Below are positions 6,438-13,931 of a DNA stretch of 13,931 bases, one piece after another. A program made the position numbers and the translations under genes. The notes under the pieces are model-generated. The model was not told the DNA's origin and made no database searches. It worked only from the letters and a program-made list of their open reading frames with translations. This stretch comes from Candidatus Bathyarchaeia archaeon (GTDB taxonomy: Archaea > Thermoproteota > Bathyarchaeia > 40CM-2-53-6), in assembly GCA_049517415.1 (NCBI GenBank), contig JBEKSC010000043.1:1-13931 (forward strand), in the 5' to 3' direction. The first letter of the stretch is position 1, and every line of letters begins with the position of its first letter.

Positions 6438-9400
6438 CTAAGCGCGCTCTTTGTTCTTCGTAGGCGCCTTCGGTATTCTGATCGTGAAGGTTGTTCTTGT
6501 ACCCTGCTTGCTCTGAACGGTTATTGAGCCACCTTGCGCCTCCACGAGGCGTTTCGCGATAGGCAGGCCGAGCCCTATCCCCTTAGCTTTCGTTGTAAAC
6601 AGGGGGCTCCAAATCCGCTCCAGAGTTTCCTTTGACATTCCCGTTCCATTGTCTGAGAGGCTGATCTCGACCCCGCCATCCGATTCTCGACTTTCGATTG
6701 TGAGTTTGCCTCGTTTTGGCATGGCGTCGATGGCGTTCTCAATCAGGTTGATGAGCACTCGCCTCATCTTCTCAGCATCCGCCATCATCTTCGGCAGGCT
6801 CTTGGTCGAATTCACGACGCGTATTCTCTTCGGAATCTTCACGTGCGCCAAGGCAGACTTTGTGGTTGCTTGCGCGTCCGTTTCCTTCATGTCAAGATGA
6901 ACCTCCTTAGAGAAGTCTAAGAGGTCTCCTACGATCCTGTCTGAGTGCTTTATGTCCTGTTCGATAATCTCATACATCTCCTTTGACACTCTATCAATTC
7001 GCTTTCCCGTGTGTTTCTTTAGGTTGTAGGTTGCGGTTGCGATTCCCTGTAGTGGATTACGTAGGTCATGAGCAACCATGGTGGCTAATTCTCCGATTGT
7101 CGCCATGCGCTCAGCTGAGCGCAGCTCCTTGGTTCGCACTTGAACCAATTCCTCCAGATGCTCAGAATGCTCTCTGAGCTTTTCTTCCTGCGAGAGCCGA
7201 TGGAGAGCTGAAGCTACATGACTTGCTAACGTCTCAAGGATTTCCTGATCCTGTTCTGTGAAGGAATTTGGTTGAGCCTTCTCGACGTTCAATACAGCAA
7301 CGACCTGATTCTTCACGAGCACGGGCGTAGCTAACTCTGATAGCATAGTTGGCGGACCCGTCCATTTTGGACGATTGCGATCCAAGTAAGTGGGCTCCTT
7401 ACTTGTGTCGCCAATTCGAAGTGTCACCTTTTCACGTGCTGTCTTCGCGATGATTCCGAGACCATTGTTCTGCACTGGAGGCAATTTGCCTGTCGCCGTT
7501 GATCCCTTGCACACAAGCAAGTCGCCTTCGACAAGATTAAAATCACAGAAATCAGATCCCACCGAGAACTTCATCGCGAACAGTGTGTATTTCACAATCT
7601 CGTCAAGTGTCTGGGCAGAGCTAAGCTGCAATGTATGTTCATGAAGGAATCTCAACCTCGCCTCCATTCGCTGCCGTTCGGTGATGTCGAGACAAGCTGT
7701 CTGAACTAAGTCCTGGTCTCCAAATCGAACTCGTGAGATGTTCAGCAGCGCGTCGAACGATGTCCCATCCTTGCGGACCAGCCTCGCCTGGTAGTTAACG
7801 AGAGTGTCATAGCGCTCGAGCATTTCGAGCATCGTCTTCCGTTCGTCTGAACTTTCATACATCTCGGCGATGCTGATCTTTTGCAATTCTTCAATCGAGT
7901 ATCCGGCGACGGCCTGCATTGCTTCGTTCATTGAAATGACTTTTCCGTCAAATGTCGATAAGTGAATGCCGATGGGTGATTTCTCAAAGAGCGTTCGATA
8001 CCTAGCTTCGGAGACTTTCAGTTCGTCCCGCATTTTCTTGCGTTCGGTTATGTCTCGCCCATACAGGTTGACATACTCCGATTCGACTATTGGCTTGACG
8101 AGGAACGTGTATGACTTCCCGCCAGACTCGATGTCGAGATTCTTGCTTTGCCCAGTGGAAAGAAGATCGGTAACTAGGTCACGCCAGAACTTCGGAGCAA
8201 CCTGTCCCACTTCGGAGCCCCATTCCTGCAAGAGCAGTTTGCTTGCTGGATTTGCCACGAGGATGACCCCGTCCTTTTTCAATCGTAGCACTGGGTTCGG
8301 GTTCTCAGACGGGAACCTCGCTAGATTCCTGATCTCCTCCTCCATCCGCTTGCGTTCAGTGATGTCGTGCCCGATTGCGATGGTCCCGATCGTCTTGCCA
8401 TCCTGGTCAGTCAGGGCACGTTCGTTCCAGGATATGATTCTAGTCTGCCCGTCTTTCCGCTTGATCCTTGTCTCACTATCAACGTCGGTCCTGCCACTCT
8501 GCAGTACGTCGTTGACGGTTTCAATGGTTTGCTTTCGGTATTCCTGATCTGGGTATAGCCACTCCCATACTTTGCCGTGTCCCAAGACCTCTTCTCGGGA
8601 ATAGCCGCTCGTGACTTCCGCAGCTTTGTTCCAGACAAGGACGTTCTGTTCGTTATCGAGCACGTCAAGCCAAACGTACGCATTCTCTACGACGCTTCCC
8701 AAGAATTGACTAGACCTTGAAAGCTCCTCCTCCATACGCTTGCGTTCAGCAATGTCATTGAAAGCGAACTCAATCGCTGGTTTCTTGCTGTAAATGATTT
8801 TCGCTCCTCTAACCAAGACTGGGACTTCAGAACCATCCTTCCTGGTCAGGCTAATCTCATAAGGAGCAACGTCTTCGCCACGCAGCCTCTTCCCAATGTT
8901 TTCTTTCAGCAAACTTCTAAATTTCTGCGACACAACGTTCTCTATTGGGTCAAAAGAAGGCGATACGAGCTCTTCGAAAGTCCAACCTAACTTGAGGACT
9001 GCAACATTGTTGACGTACTTCAGCACTCCATCCTGGAAAATACCGATCATGTTGGGCGAATTCTCAACGATCGCCCGATACTTCATCTCGCTCTCCTGGA
9101 GCACTTTCTCCATATGCGCACGTTCGGAGATGTCGCGGAGTATTCCTTCGTGGTAAATGATGTTTCCCTGTTCGTCGTGAACGTAACCACCATGGTCTTC
9201 CACCCAGATCTCAGATCCATCCTTTCGACGCATCCGGTATGCTTGCACTTGCTCCTGGCCTTTATCCAGAATGTGGCTTCCACGTTCTTCGGGTGAGAAA
9301 TACAGTTCCCTCTTGATGTCGATAATGTTCAACATTTCCTGCTTGCTCGAATACCCGAACATCTTCACAAAGGCCGGATTGACGTCGACAAATCGACCCT

Positions 9401-10001
9401 CGCGCGTGCTGCGGTACACTCCATCCAACATCCGATCGAAGAGAGAACGGTATTTCTCTTCACTTTCACGTAGCTTTTCTTCGCGTTGTAATCTGCCAAG
9501 GGAGGACGCAACATGGCTCGCCAGTGTTTCCAGAAGCCGCTGGTCAACATTGGTGAAGGCGCTTGGACGGTCGCTTTCAACATTTAGGACGACGACGACC
9601 GCGTCGTCAAGGATTACGGGTACCGCTAGTTCCGACAACTTGACGGGCGTCGCCTCTTTGCCTGCACGTCCCTCATCGTCAACATAAGCGTCCTCTCCCC
9701 TTGCGTCTACTATCAGGATGGTCTTGCCTGTGTTCGCAGTCTTCACGGAGATCCCAGGACCGTCTAAGGGCAACTCTGAAAATGATGGAGATGATCCCCG
9801 GCGCCCCCGGAGGTGAAGACATCTCTTTCCTGCATCCACAATCGAGAAATCAGCTGAGCTGAATCCGAGGCTGAGCTCCATGGCATCAAGAGTGTGATTC
9901 ATGATTTCATCCATTGTGGTGGCTGTCGCTAATTGCTGCGCGTGGTGGTGTAGCGCGAGTAGTTTGCCCTCATAATCTCTATCTAATTTCTCGGACGACA
10001 T
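6438..10001 (-). CDS. Cytoplasmic multi-sensor histidine kinase, GAF-(PAS)x5-GAF-HisKA-HATPase_c
   Basis: H-box MVAHDLRNPL (H978), N-box NLIENAIDA, G1 DNGTGM, F-box PLFTTK, G2 GIGLGL. Five PAS units each end in D-I-x-E-R. Two GAF domains contain SELA-x-PV...VLNVE...F...DQ..LETLASHVA. No transmembrane segment is visible. Confidence 0.96.
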   Translation of the reverse strand: MSSEKLDRDYEGKLLALHHHAQQLATATTMDEIMNHTLDAMELSLGFSSADFSIVDAGKRCLHLRGRRGSSPSFSELPLDGPGISVKTANTGKTILIVDARGEDAYVDDEGRAGKEATPVKLSELAVPVILDDAVVVVLNVESDRPSAFTNVDQRLLETLASHVASSLGRLQREEKLRESEEKYRSLFDRMLDGVYRSTREGRFVDVNPAFVKMFGYSSKQEMLNIIDIKRELYFSPEERGSHILDKGQEQVQAYRMRRKDGSEIWVEDHGGYVHDEQGNIIYHEGILRDISERAHMEKVLQESEMKYRAIVENSPNMIGIFQDGVLKYVNNVAVLKLGWTFEELVSPSFDPIENVVSQKFRSLLKENIGKRLRGEDVAPYEISLTRKDGSEVPVLVRGAKIIYSKKPAIEFAFNDIAERKRMEEELSRSSQFLGSVVENAYVWLDVLDNEQNVLVWNKAAEVTSGYSREEVLGHGKVWEWLYPDQEYRKQTIETVNDVLQSGRTDVDSETRIKRKDGQTRIISWNERALTDQDGKTIGTIAIGHDITERKRMEEEIRNLARFPSENPNPVLRLKKDGVILVANPASKLLLQEWGSEVGQVAPKFWRDLVTDLLSTGQSKNLDIESGGKSYTFLVKPIVESEYVNLYGRDITERKKMRDELKVSEARYRTLFEKSPIGIHLSTFDGKVISMNEAMQAVAGYSIEELQKISIAEMYESSDERKTMLEMLERYDTLVNYQARLVRKDGTSFDALLNISRVRFGDQDLVQTACLDITERQRMEARLRFLHEHTLQLSSAQTLDEIVKYTLFAMKFSVGSDFCDFNLVEGDLLVCKGSTATGKLPPVQNNGLGIIAKTAREKVTLRIGDTSKEPTYLDRNRPKWTGPPTMLSELATPVLVKNQVVAVLNVEKAQPNSFTEQDQEILETLASHVASALHRLSQEEKLREHSEHLEELVQVRTKELRSAERMATIGELATMVAHDLRNPLQGIATATYNLKKHTGKRIDRVSKEMYEIIEQDIKHSDRIVGDLLDFSKEVHLDMKETDAQATTKSALAHVKIPKRIRVVNSTKSLPKMMADAEKMRRVLINLIENAIDAMPKRGKLTIESRESDGGVEISLSDNGTGMSKETLERIWSPLFTTKAKGIGLGLPIAKRLVEAQGGSITVQSKQGTRTTFTIRIPKAPTKNKERA

Positions 10002-10353
10002 GGGCTAACAAATACAGACTAGTTTAGTTCCAACTATCAAAGTTGGTGGACCTCCGTTGAAAATTACCCTGTGCCTCCACATCCCGTATGTTTACCAGCG
10101 TATGATTACGCGCAACGAAAAACGGGCATTCGTCTTTCTTAGTTCTACGCACGAATCTTGATGAGTTCTTCAAAGATTGAACGTTAAATTGTTCCACCTT
10201 ACGCCTTGCATAATAGAGGGCAGCCCGCTTCACGGATTCAAACCGATTCTGCACTTCTCACATATGTCCTATGTGTTAACCGGCGAATCTGAGGCGTGAC
10301 TTGCCCTGCGGAGGTCAGAATTTCCGTACTCGATAATTCGTTTTTTCGGTCTG

Positions 10354-10659
10354 AAACTATTCAAGGTTGAAGTGTGCAAGGATCCTAAGCAGCTTCTCGT
10401 ATTCTATTACGAACGCCCGCCCTTCCTCCGTACTGTTAAGGCAGTCTACGTATTGGATCAGGCCGCGGGCTTTCATCTCTTGAAGATGGGCACGGTAACG
10501 GTCTGAGGGAAGGCCTACATGATTCTGAACTCGGGTAATCTTCGCCGCAACCTCCGTCCTTTCCTCATCCATTATGGAGCGAAGAATCTCGTACCAGAGA
10601 CGCGCCCTATGCCTCGGCGAAGCCCGCCTAAGCCTCGGAACCACTTGTACGGTTCTAGG
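10354..10659. repeat. Direct repeat copy B (matches 3081-3386)
   Basis: Ungapped alignment with copy A, same orientation. Confidence 0.95.
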
Positions 10660-10725
10660 AAAAGCCGGTCCAATTCCTGGTGTGGTTCGAATCGTTTCGC
10701 CTGTTTCCATTGTTCGCAGCCTCAT
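10357..10725 (-). CDS. Small archaeal winged-helix protein (HTH_45/COG3432-like), copy B
   Basis: From TVQVVP to the stop it differs from copy A at only three residues (S/C, T/A, V/L). The N-terminal extension is unrelated, so the true start may be downstream. Confidence 0.8.
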   Translation of the reverse strand: MRLRTMETGETIRTTPGIGPAFPRTVQVVPRLRRASPRHRARLWYEILRSIMDEERTEVAAKITRVQNHVGLPSDRYRAHLQEMKARGLIQYVDCLNSTEEGRAFVIEYEKLLRILAHFNLE

Positions 10726-10978
10726 TCTTCCAAACTTAGCGTAAAGCGAGGTTTGTGTATTTTTTCCATTCTAGGTGCCAAAATAAGCATTATTATGAAG
10801 TAGGGTACATCCCACCGCGTTTAGTTAAAAACAGACCGGCCACAATACTCATTCCTGACACTTATGCGGCTCTAAGCATAGGTTTTTGGGGCGTCTTAAT
10901 TACTCAGAATCCACACGATCTGGCAATTCTCGAGTCCACGAAATGCCCATAAAGTTTGTGCGTTGAACCCCTGGTTCG

Positions 10979-11584
10979 GTGTCTTTTCTGCTAGGCAAGT
11001 TGAGGGCGAAGTACGAGGCAGCGATGCTTCCTATTGGTGGCAAACTTGGAAGGGCGGGCGCGCGCCCAAACATGATCACTACCGTCAGCCTCTTGGTTTC
11101 TTTTCTAGCTGCTTTTGCATATCTCTTGAAGTCTCCCGTGCTTGGGGCGGTTGGTCTTGCTGCTTCCGGCTTGGTCGACATGCTTGATGGTGCTGTTGCA
11201 CGGGCCACAGGGTCCGCTAGCAGGTTTGGGGCCGTGTATGACCATGTATTGGACAGGTATGCGGAGTTCGCAGTTCTCCTGGGCATGGGTCTTGGAGGGC
11301 TAGTGGACTGGCCGTGGATTATTTTCGGACTATTTGGAATGGTGATGGCTAGCTACGTGAGAGCGAAGGCTGAATCTGTCGGAGGGCTCAAAAGTTGCAC
11401 AGTTGGTCTCGCTGAGCGCCAAGAAAAGATCATCTTGTTGCTACTTGGGTCCTTACTTCAACCCTTTATTGGCGTGGCACTTACCGGTGCCGTTGTAATT
11501 GCAGGCATATTGTCCCATGTAACGGTTGTTCAAAGGCTCTGGTACACTTCGAAGCATGCTCGAGGATCTAATGTTGCCGTTTGA
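10979..11584 (+). CDS. CDP-alcohol phosphatidyltransferase, archaetidylinositol-phosphate-synthase-like (PgsA family)
   Basis: Signature DMLDGAVAR...SRFGAVYDHVLDR, N-terminal PNMIT, and the SYVRAKAE and GLAERQE motifs typical of PIP/AIP synthases; several hydrophobic helices. Confidence 0.92.
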   Translation: MSFLLGKLRAKYEAAMLPIGGKLGRAGARPNMITTVSLLVSFLAAFAYLLKSPVLGAVGLAASGLVDMLDGAVARATGSASRFGAVYDHVLDRYAEFAVLLGMGLGGLVDWPWIIFGLFGMVMASYVRAKAESVGGLKSCTVGLAERQEKIILLLLGSLLQPFIGVALTGAVVIAGILSHVTVVQRLWYTSKHARGSNVAV

Positions 11585-12506
11585 AATCGTTGGCATCGGT
11601 AATCCCGTGTACGACGTTATCGTGACTCCGTGGTCAAGAACGAACGGACGAGTTCTGTCGGGGTGTAGCACCAATGCCTGTTTAGCCGCAAGAAAACTTG
11701 GGGTCAAGAAAGTCGGATTGTTTGGATGCATCGGAAAGGACTTCTCGCAAACGTTCACGCGTGATATGAGAGAACATAATATTCAAGCCGCTATGGATGT
11801 CAGCAGTCCAACCACTGGTGGTTTCCATCTCATCTACGACAGGAACGGCAACAGAACCCTCGATGTTCTAGGGGTTGCCGGCAAAATCAAACAAAACAAT
11901 ATTCCCAAAGAGTTCCTAGATAGCACGTTCCTCCTAATTGGGCCAATACTGGGTGAAGTTGACCTAGAACTAATCCAATTTCTACGGAGCAAATCGTCGG
12001 CGAAGATCCTCCTGGACCCGCAAGGGTTAGTGAGAAAGATTGGAAACGATGGGCGCATCGTTCACTCATGCGACCGGGACGCAATTAGGAGGATCATCGA
12101 GGTCGTGGACTTCGTTAAGCCGAATGAACAAGAGATTGAAACAATAACTGGAGAAAAAGATCCACTTATCGGGCTTCAACGGTTGCAGTCTATGGGACCT
12201 GCTGTGCCCATCGTTACGTTAGCAGAACGAGGCTCTCTCTTGCTCGATGGGAACAAGTTACTCCGAATTCCAGCTTTCACAACAAGAAATGCCATAGATC
12301 CCACTGGAGCTGGGGACGTCTATGGAGGTTCTTTCATTACAGAATATATGCGGACGAGGAGCCTTTCAGAGTCGGCCCTCTTTGCATCGGCGGCAGCATC
12401 ACTGATGGTCGAGCAGGTTGGACCCGATTTCCGGTTATCCCGAGAAGAGGTGCAAGAAAGAAGGGAGGCTATCCGCGGCGGGTTGACCGTGGAAACCTTA
12501 GGCTAG
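11571..12506 (+). CDS. PfkB/ribokinase-family carbohydrate kinase (candidate myo-inositol kinase)
   Basis: N-terminal GIGNPVYD, LLDPQG, KPNEQE, VTLAERGS and the C-terminal signature IDPTGAGDVYGG. ATG 11571 is preceded by GAGG and overlaps the upstream gene by 14 bp, so I prefer it to the track start at 11526. Confidence 0.9.
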   Translation: MLPFEIVGIGNPVYDVIVTPWSRTNGRVLSGCSTNACLAARKLGVKKVGLFGCIGKDFSQTFTRDMREHNIQAAMDVSSPTTGGFHLIYDRNGNRTLDVLGVAGKIKQNNIPKEFLDSTFLLIGPILGEVDLELIQFLRSKSSAKILLDPQGLVRKIGNDGRIVHSCDRDAIRRIIEVVDFVKPNEQEIETITGEKDPLIGLQRLQSMGPAVPIVTLAERGSLLLDGNKLLRIPAFTTRNAIDPTGAGDVYGGSFITEYMRTRSLSESALFASAAASLMVEQVGPDFRLSREEVQERREAIRGGLTVETLG

Positions 12507-12929
12507 GAAGAACGTTTTCGAACTGGCTTTTGATGGATTTCAAGTTTTGAACAAGGATGTTTGAGGAAGCTTCTAAACTGGATATGCCTGATGTGTCGGA
12601 GTTAGCTTATGCTTTTCACAGTGAGCGGAAGAGCTCGTCACAGTGATGGCGCCAGCGAAAGTCAAGGCCGGCACAGGCGGGTGGAGACACCCGTCCACCT
12701 TCTCAGTCTCTCCAACCAAAACGACCCAACATCAGCCCCTCCGGACCCCAAAAAATGCACCACCCCCTAACCCCTCTTCTCAAGCGTGCGCGCACTACTC
12801 TCCTCCCATGATGGCCAAACTCCCGTAAATTCGCCTAAACCTTTCGCGAGGAAGAGGGTGGATCCACCCATCTAGGGGTGGTGCCAAACGGTGCCAAGCC
12901 AAGGCAAACCTAAGCTAGCTCAACGAGCC

Positions 12930-13052
12930 TTAGCCGCGTATCTTGATTCCTGCGTTCAGAATCCTTTCCGGATCGAACACTTTCTTTATGCCCTTTATCA
13001 GCTCAAACTCTCTCTTTGTTATGAGCGACTCGAGGCGTAGCGGTATGAGCCT
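12930..13052 (-). pseudogene. Orphan 3' fragment of an FAD-linked oxidase (GlcD/D-lactate dehydrogenase-type C-terminus)
   Basis: The minus strand reads RLIPLRLESLITKREFELIKGIKKVFDPERILNAGIKIRG*, matching the family's terminal motif IKxxFDPxxILNPG. It is bounded upstream by an in-frame TGA (13053-13055). Confidence 0.7.
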
Positions 13053-13536
13053 TCAATGTCCAATTTGCATGGAGAGACTGGTAGCGCTAGATCGGGAACT
13101 AGCGAAATACCAGGACAGTGCCACAATCCCGATCAACGATGTTGTAACAGTTCTCAACCAAGTATCGAATGGTAGGCTACGGATCGTCGTGTTGCCGAAA
13201 GAAGCCCATTTGGAAGCCTTGGAACTTGCGAAGCAAAAAATGAAAGAACGGAAAGTCAAAATCACTGCCGACGTGGCCGATGGCCTGCTTCAGATTCCCA
13301 AGAGTCGTTATGAAGAATGGTGGGAAAACGATCCGGAGGATCCCGAAAGACGCAGGTTAGCGATGACAACGCGTAGTTGGATTTCATCCGTTTGGGCGAA
13401 TGAAAAATACGGCGGCGGAATTGCGAAGGGCACTATGCTAGTCGCGATAGCCCGGACACATCCTATCAGTAAGGTACAGGTACGACAATTGCTTCTGGCC
13501 GAACATGAAGCACACCGGGGCTCGTCACCTCAGTGA
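13045..13536 (+). CDS. Hypothetical protein (~163 aa) with an N-terminal CxxC
   Basis: Protein-like composition from ATG 13045 (MSLQCPICMERL...). The first 34 codons of the track ORF (from 12943) are antisense to the oxidase fragment. No family recognised. Confidence 0.55.
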   Translation: MSLQCPICMERLVALDRELAKYQDSATIPINDVVTVLNQVSNGRLRIVVLPKEAHLEALELAKQKMKERKVKITADVADGLLQIPKSRYEEWWENDPEDPERRRLAMTTRSWISSVWANEKYGGGIAKGTMLVAIARTHPISKVQVRQLLLAEHEAHRGSSPQ

Positions 13537-13595
13537 CGCAATGCGAATGTAGTACTAGGGTACTACATTCAAGTTTGTGGTGCCCAGCTGCCCTC

Positions 13596-13931
13596 TCAAG
13601 TCCTGCGTACTCGTTGAATGGCTTGGAGCAGGGCGTTCTCCGCCGTCAAATATGTGACCACGCCAACTGTCAGCAGTGTCGTGCATGCGTCGCTCTTCGA
13701 CGTCCTTTTTGTCGCTGCGTAGACTTCGATTAATCTAGCGTAGCCGGCCGGAAGGATCAACGTGACCACATCAGTGGGTTGGCCCGCGTCATCCCTCACG
13801 AGAGGGTAGATCCTCGTTCGGGGTTTATGTGAAGCAGCCTTCTCTAACATGTCCGCCATGCCGCCCAGGCGAACCGTTTTCTCTAACCTGTCCTGATTCT
13901 CTTGCTCCCGTAATCCCAGCCACTTCACAGC
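13596..13931 (-). CDS. Hypothetical protein with a ribbon-helix-helix (CopG-like) motif, possibly 5'-partial
   Basis: VTLILPAGYARLIEVYAATKRTSKSDACTTLL fits the RHH strand-Pro-helix-SxS-helix pattern. The frame is open to the right edge; alternative starts are at 13928 and 13859. Confidence 0.5.
   Translation of the reverse strand, partial: AVKWLGLREQENQDRLEKTVRLGGMADMLEKAASHKPRTRIYPLVRDDAGQPTDVVTLILPAGYARLIEVYAATKRTSKSDACTTLLTVGVVTYLTAENALLQAIQRVRRT

Noticed and set aside
4353..9687. Short ORFs nested in or antisense to the KaiC-like and kinase genes, plus 6216-6401
   Set aside because: They overlap well-supported genes or lack protein-like features.
10024..10254. 76-aa minus-strand ORF upstream of the kinase
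   Set aside because: GTG start and no recognisable motif; more likely promoter region, although it cannot be fully excluded.
12507..12929. tRNA, SRP RNA, RNase P RNA, ORB origin or the 61-aa ORF 12643-12828
   Set aside because: No cloverleaf/T-loop, SRP helix-8, RNase P P4 or convincing ORB motif was seen on either strand; the Pro-rich ORF reflects C skew.
13053..13265. Read-through (e.g. selenocysteine) of the TGA joining ORF 13053-13265 to the oxidase fragment
   Set aside because: The upstream frame looks like antisense of the 13045-13536 gene and lacks the GEHG motif expected in FAD oxidases.

Overview
Archaeal-type chromosomal window; a Bathyarchaeia/TACK-like origin is inferred from gene content only. 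From left to right: (1) A large secreted Ser/Thr-rich surface protein on the minus strand (ATG at 2656, still open at base 1). It is missing from the ORF track and has a degenerate gluzincin-like motif, Ig-like/B-repeat-like domains and an exact 124-bp repeat with a 444-bp period. (2) A ~7.6-kb soluble signalling cluster bracketed by two ~93% identical, same-orientation winged-helix genes, with a third decayed copy nearby. It contains a TrmB-HTH/receiver fusion, a double-domain KaiC-like ATPase, a DUF3227/NitrOD5-like protein and a GAF-5xPAS-GAF histidine kinase. (3) An overlapping CDP-alcohol phosphatidyltransferase + PfkB kinase pair, possibly for inositol salvage into archaetidylinositol. 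(4) A structured, strand-skewed intergenic region, an orphan 3' fragment of an FAD-linked oxidase gene, and two small genes (an orphan and an RHH-like protein) that may mark the edge of an integrated element. All calls come from reading the sequence by eye; no searches were run.
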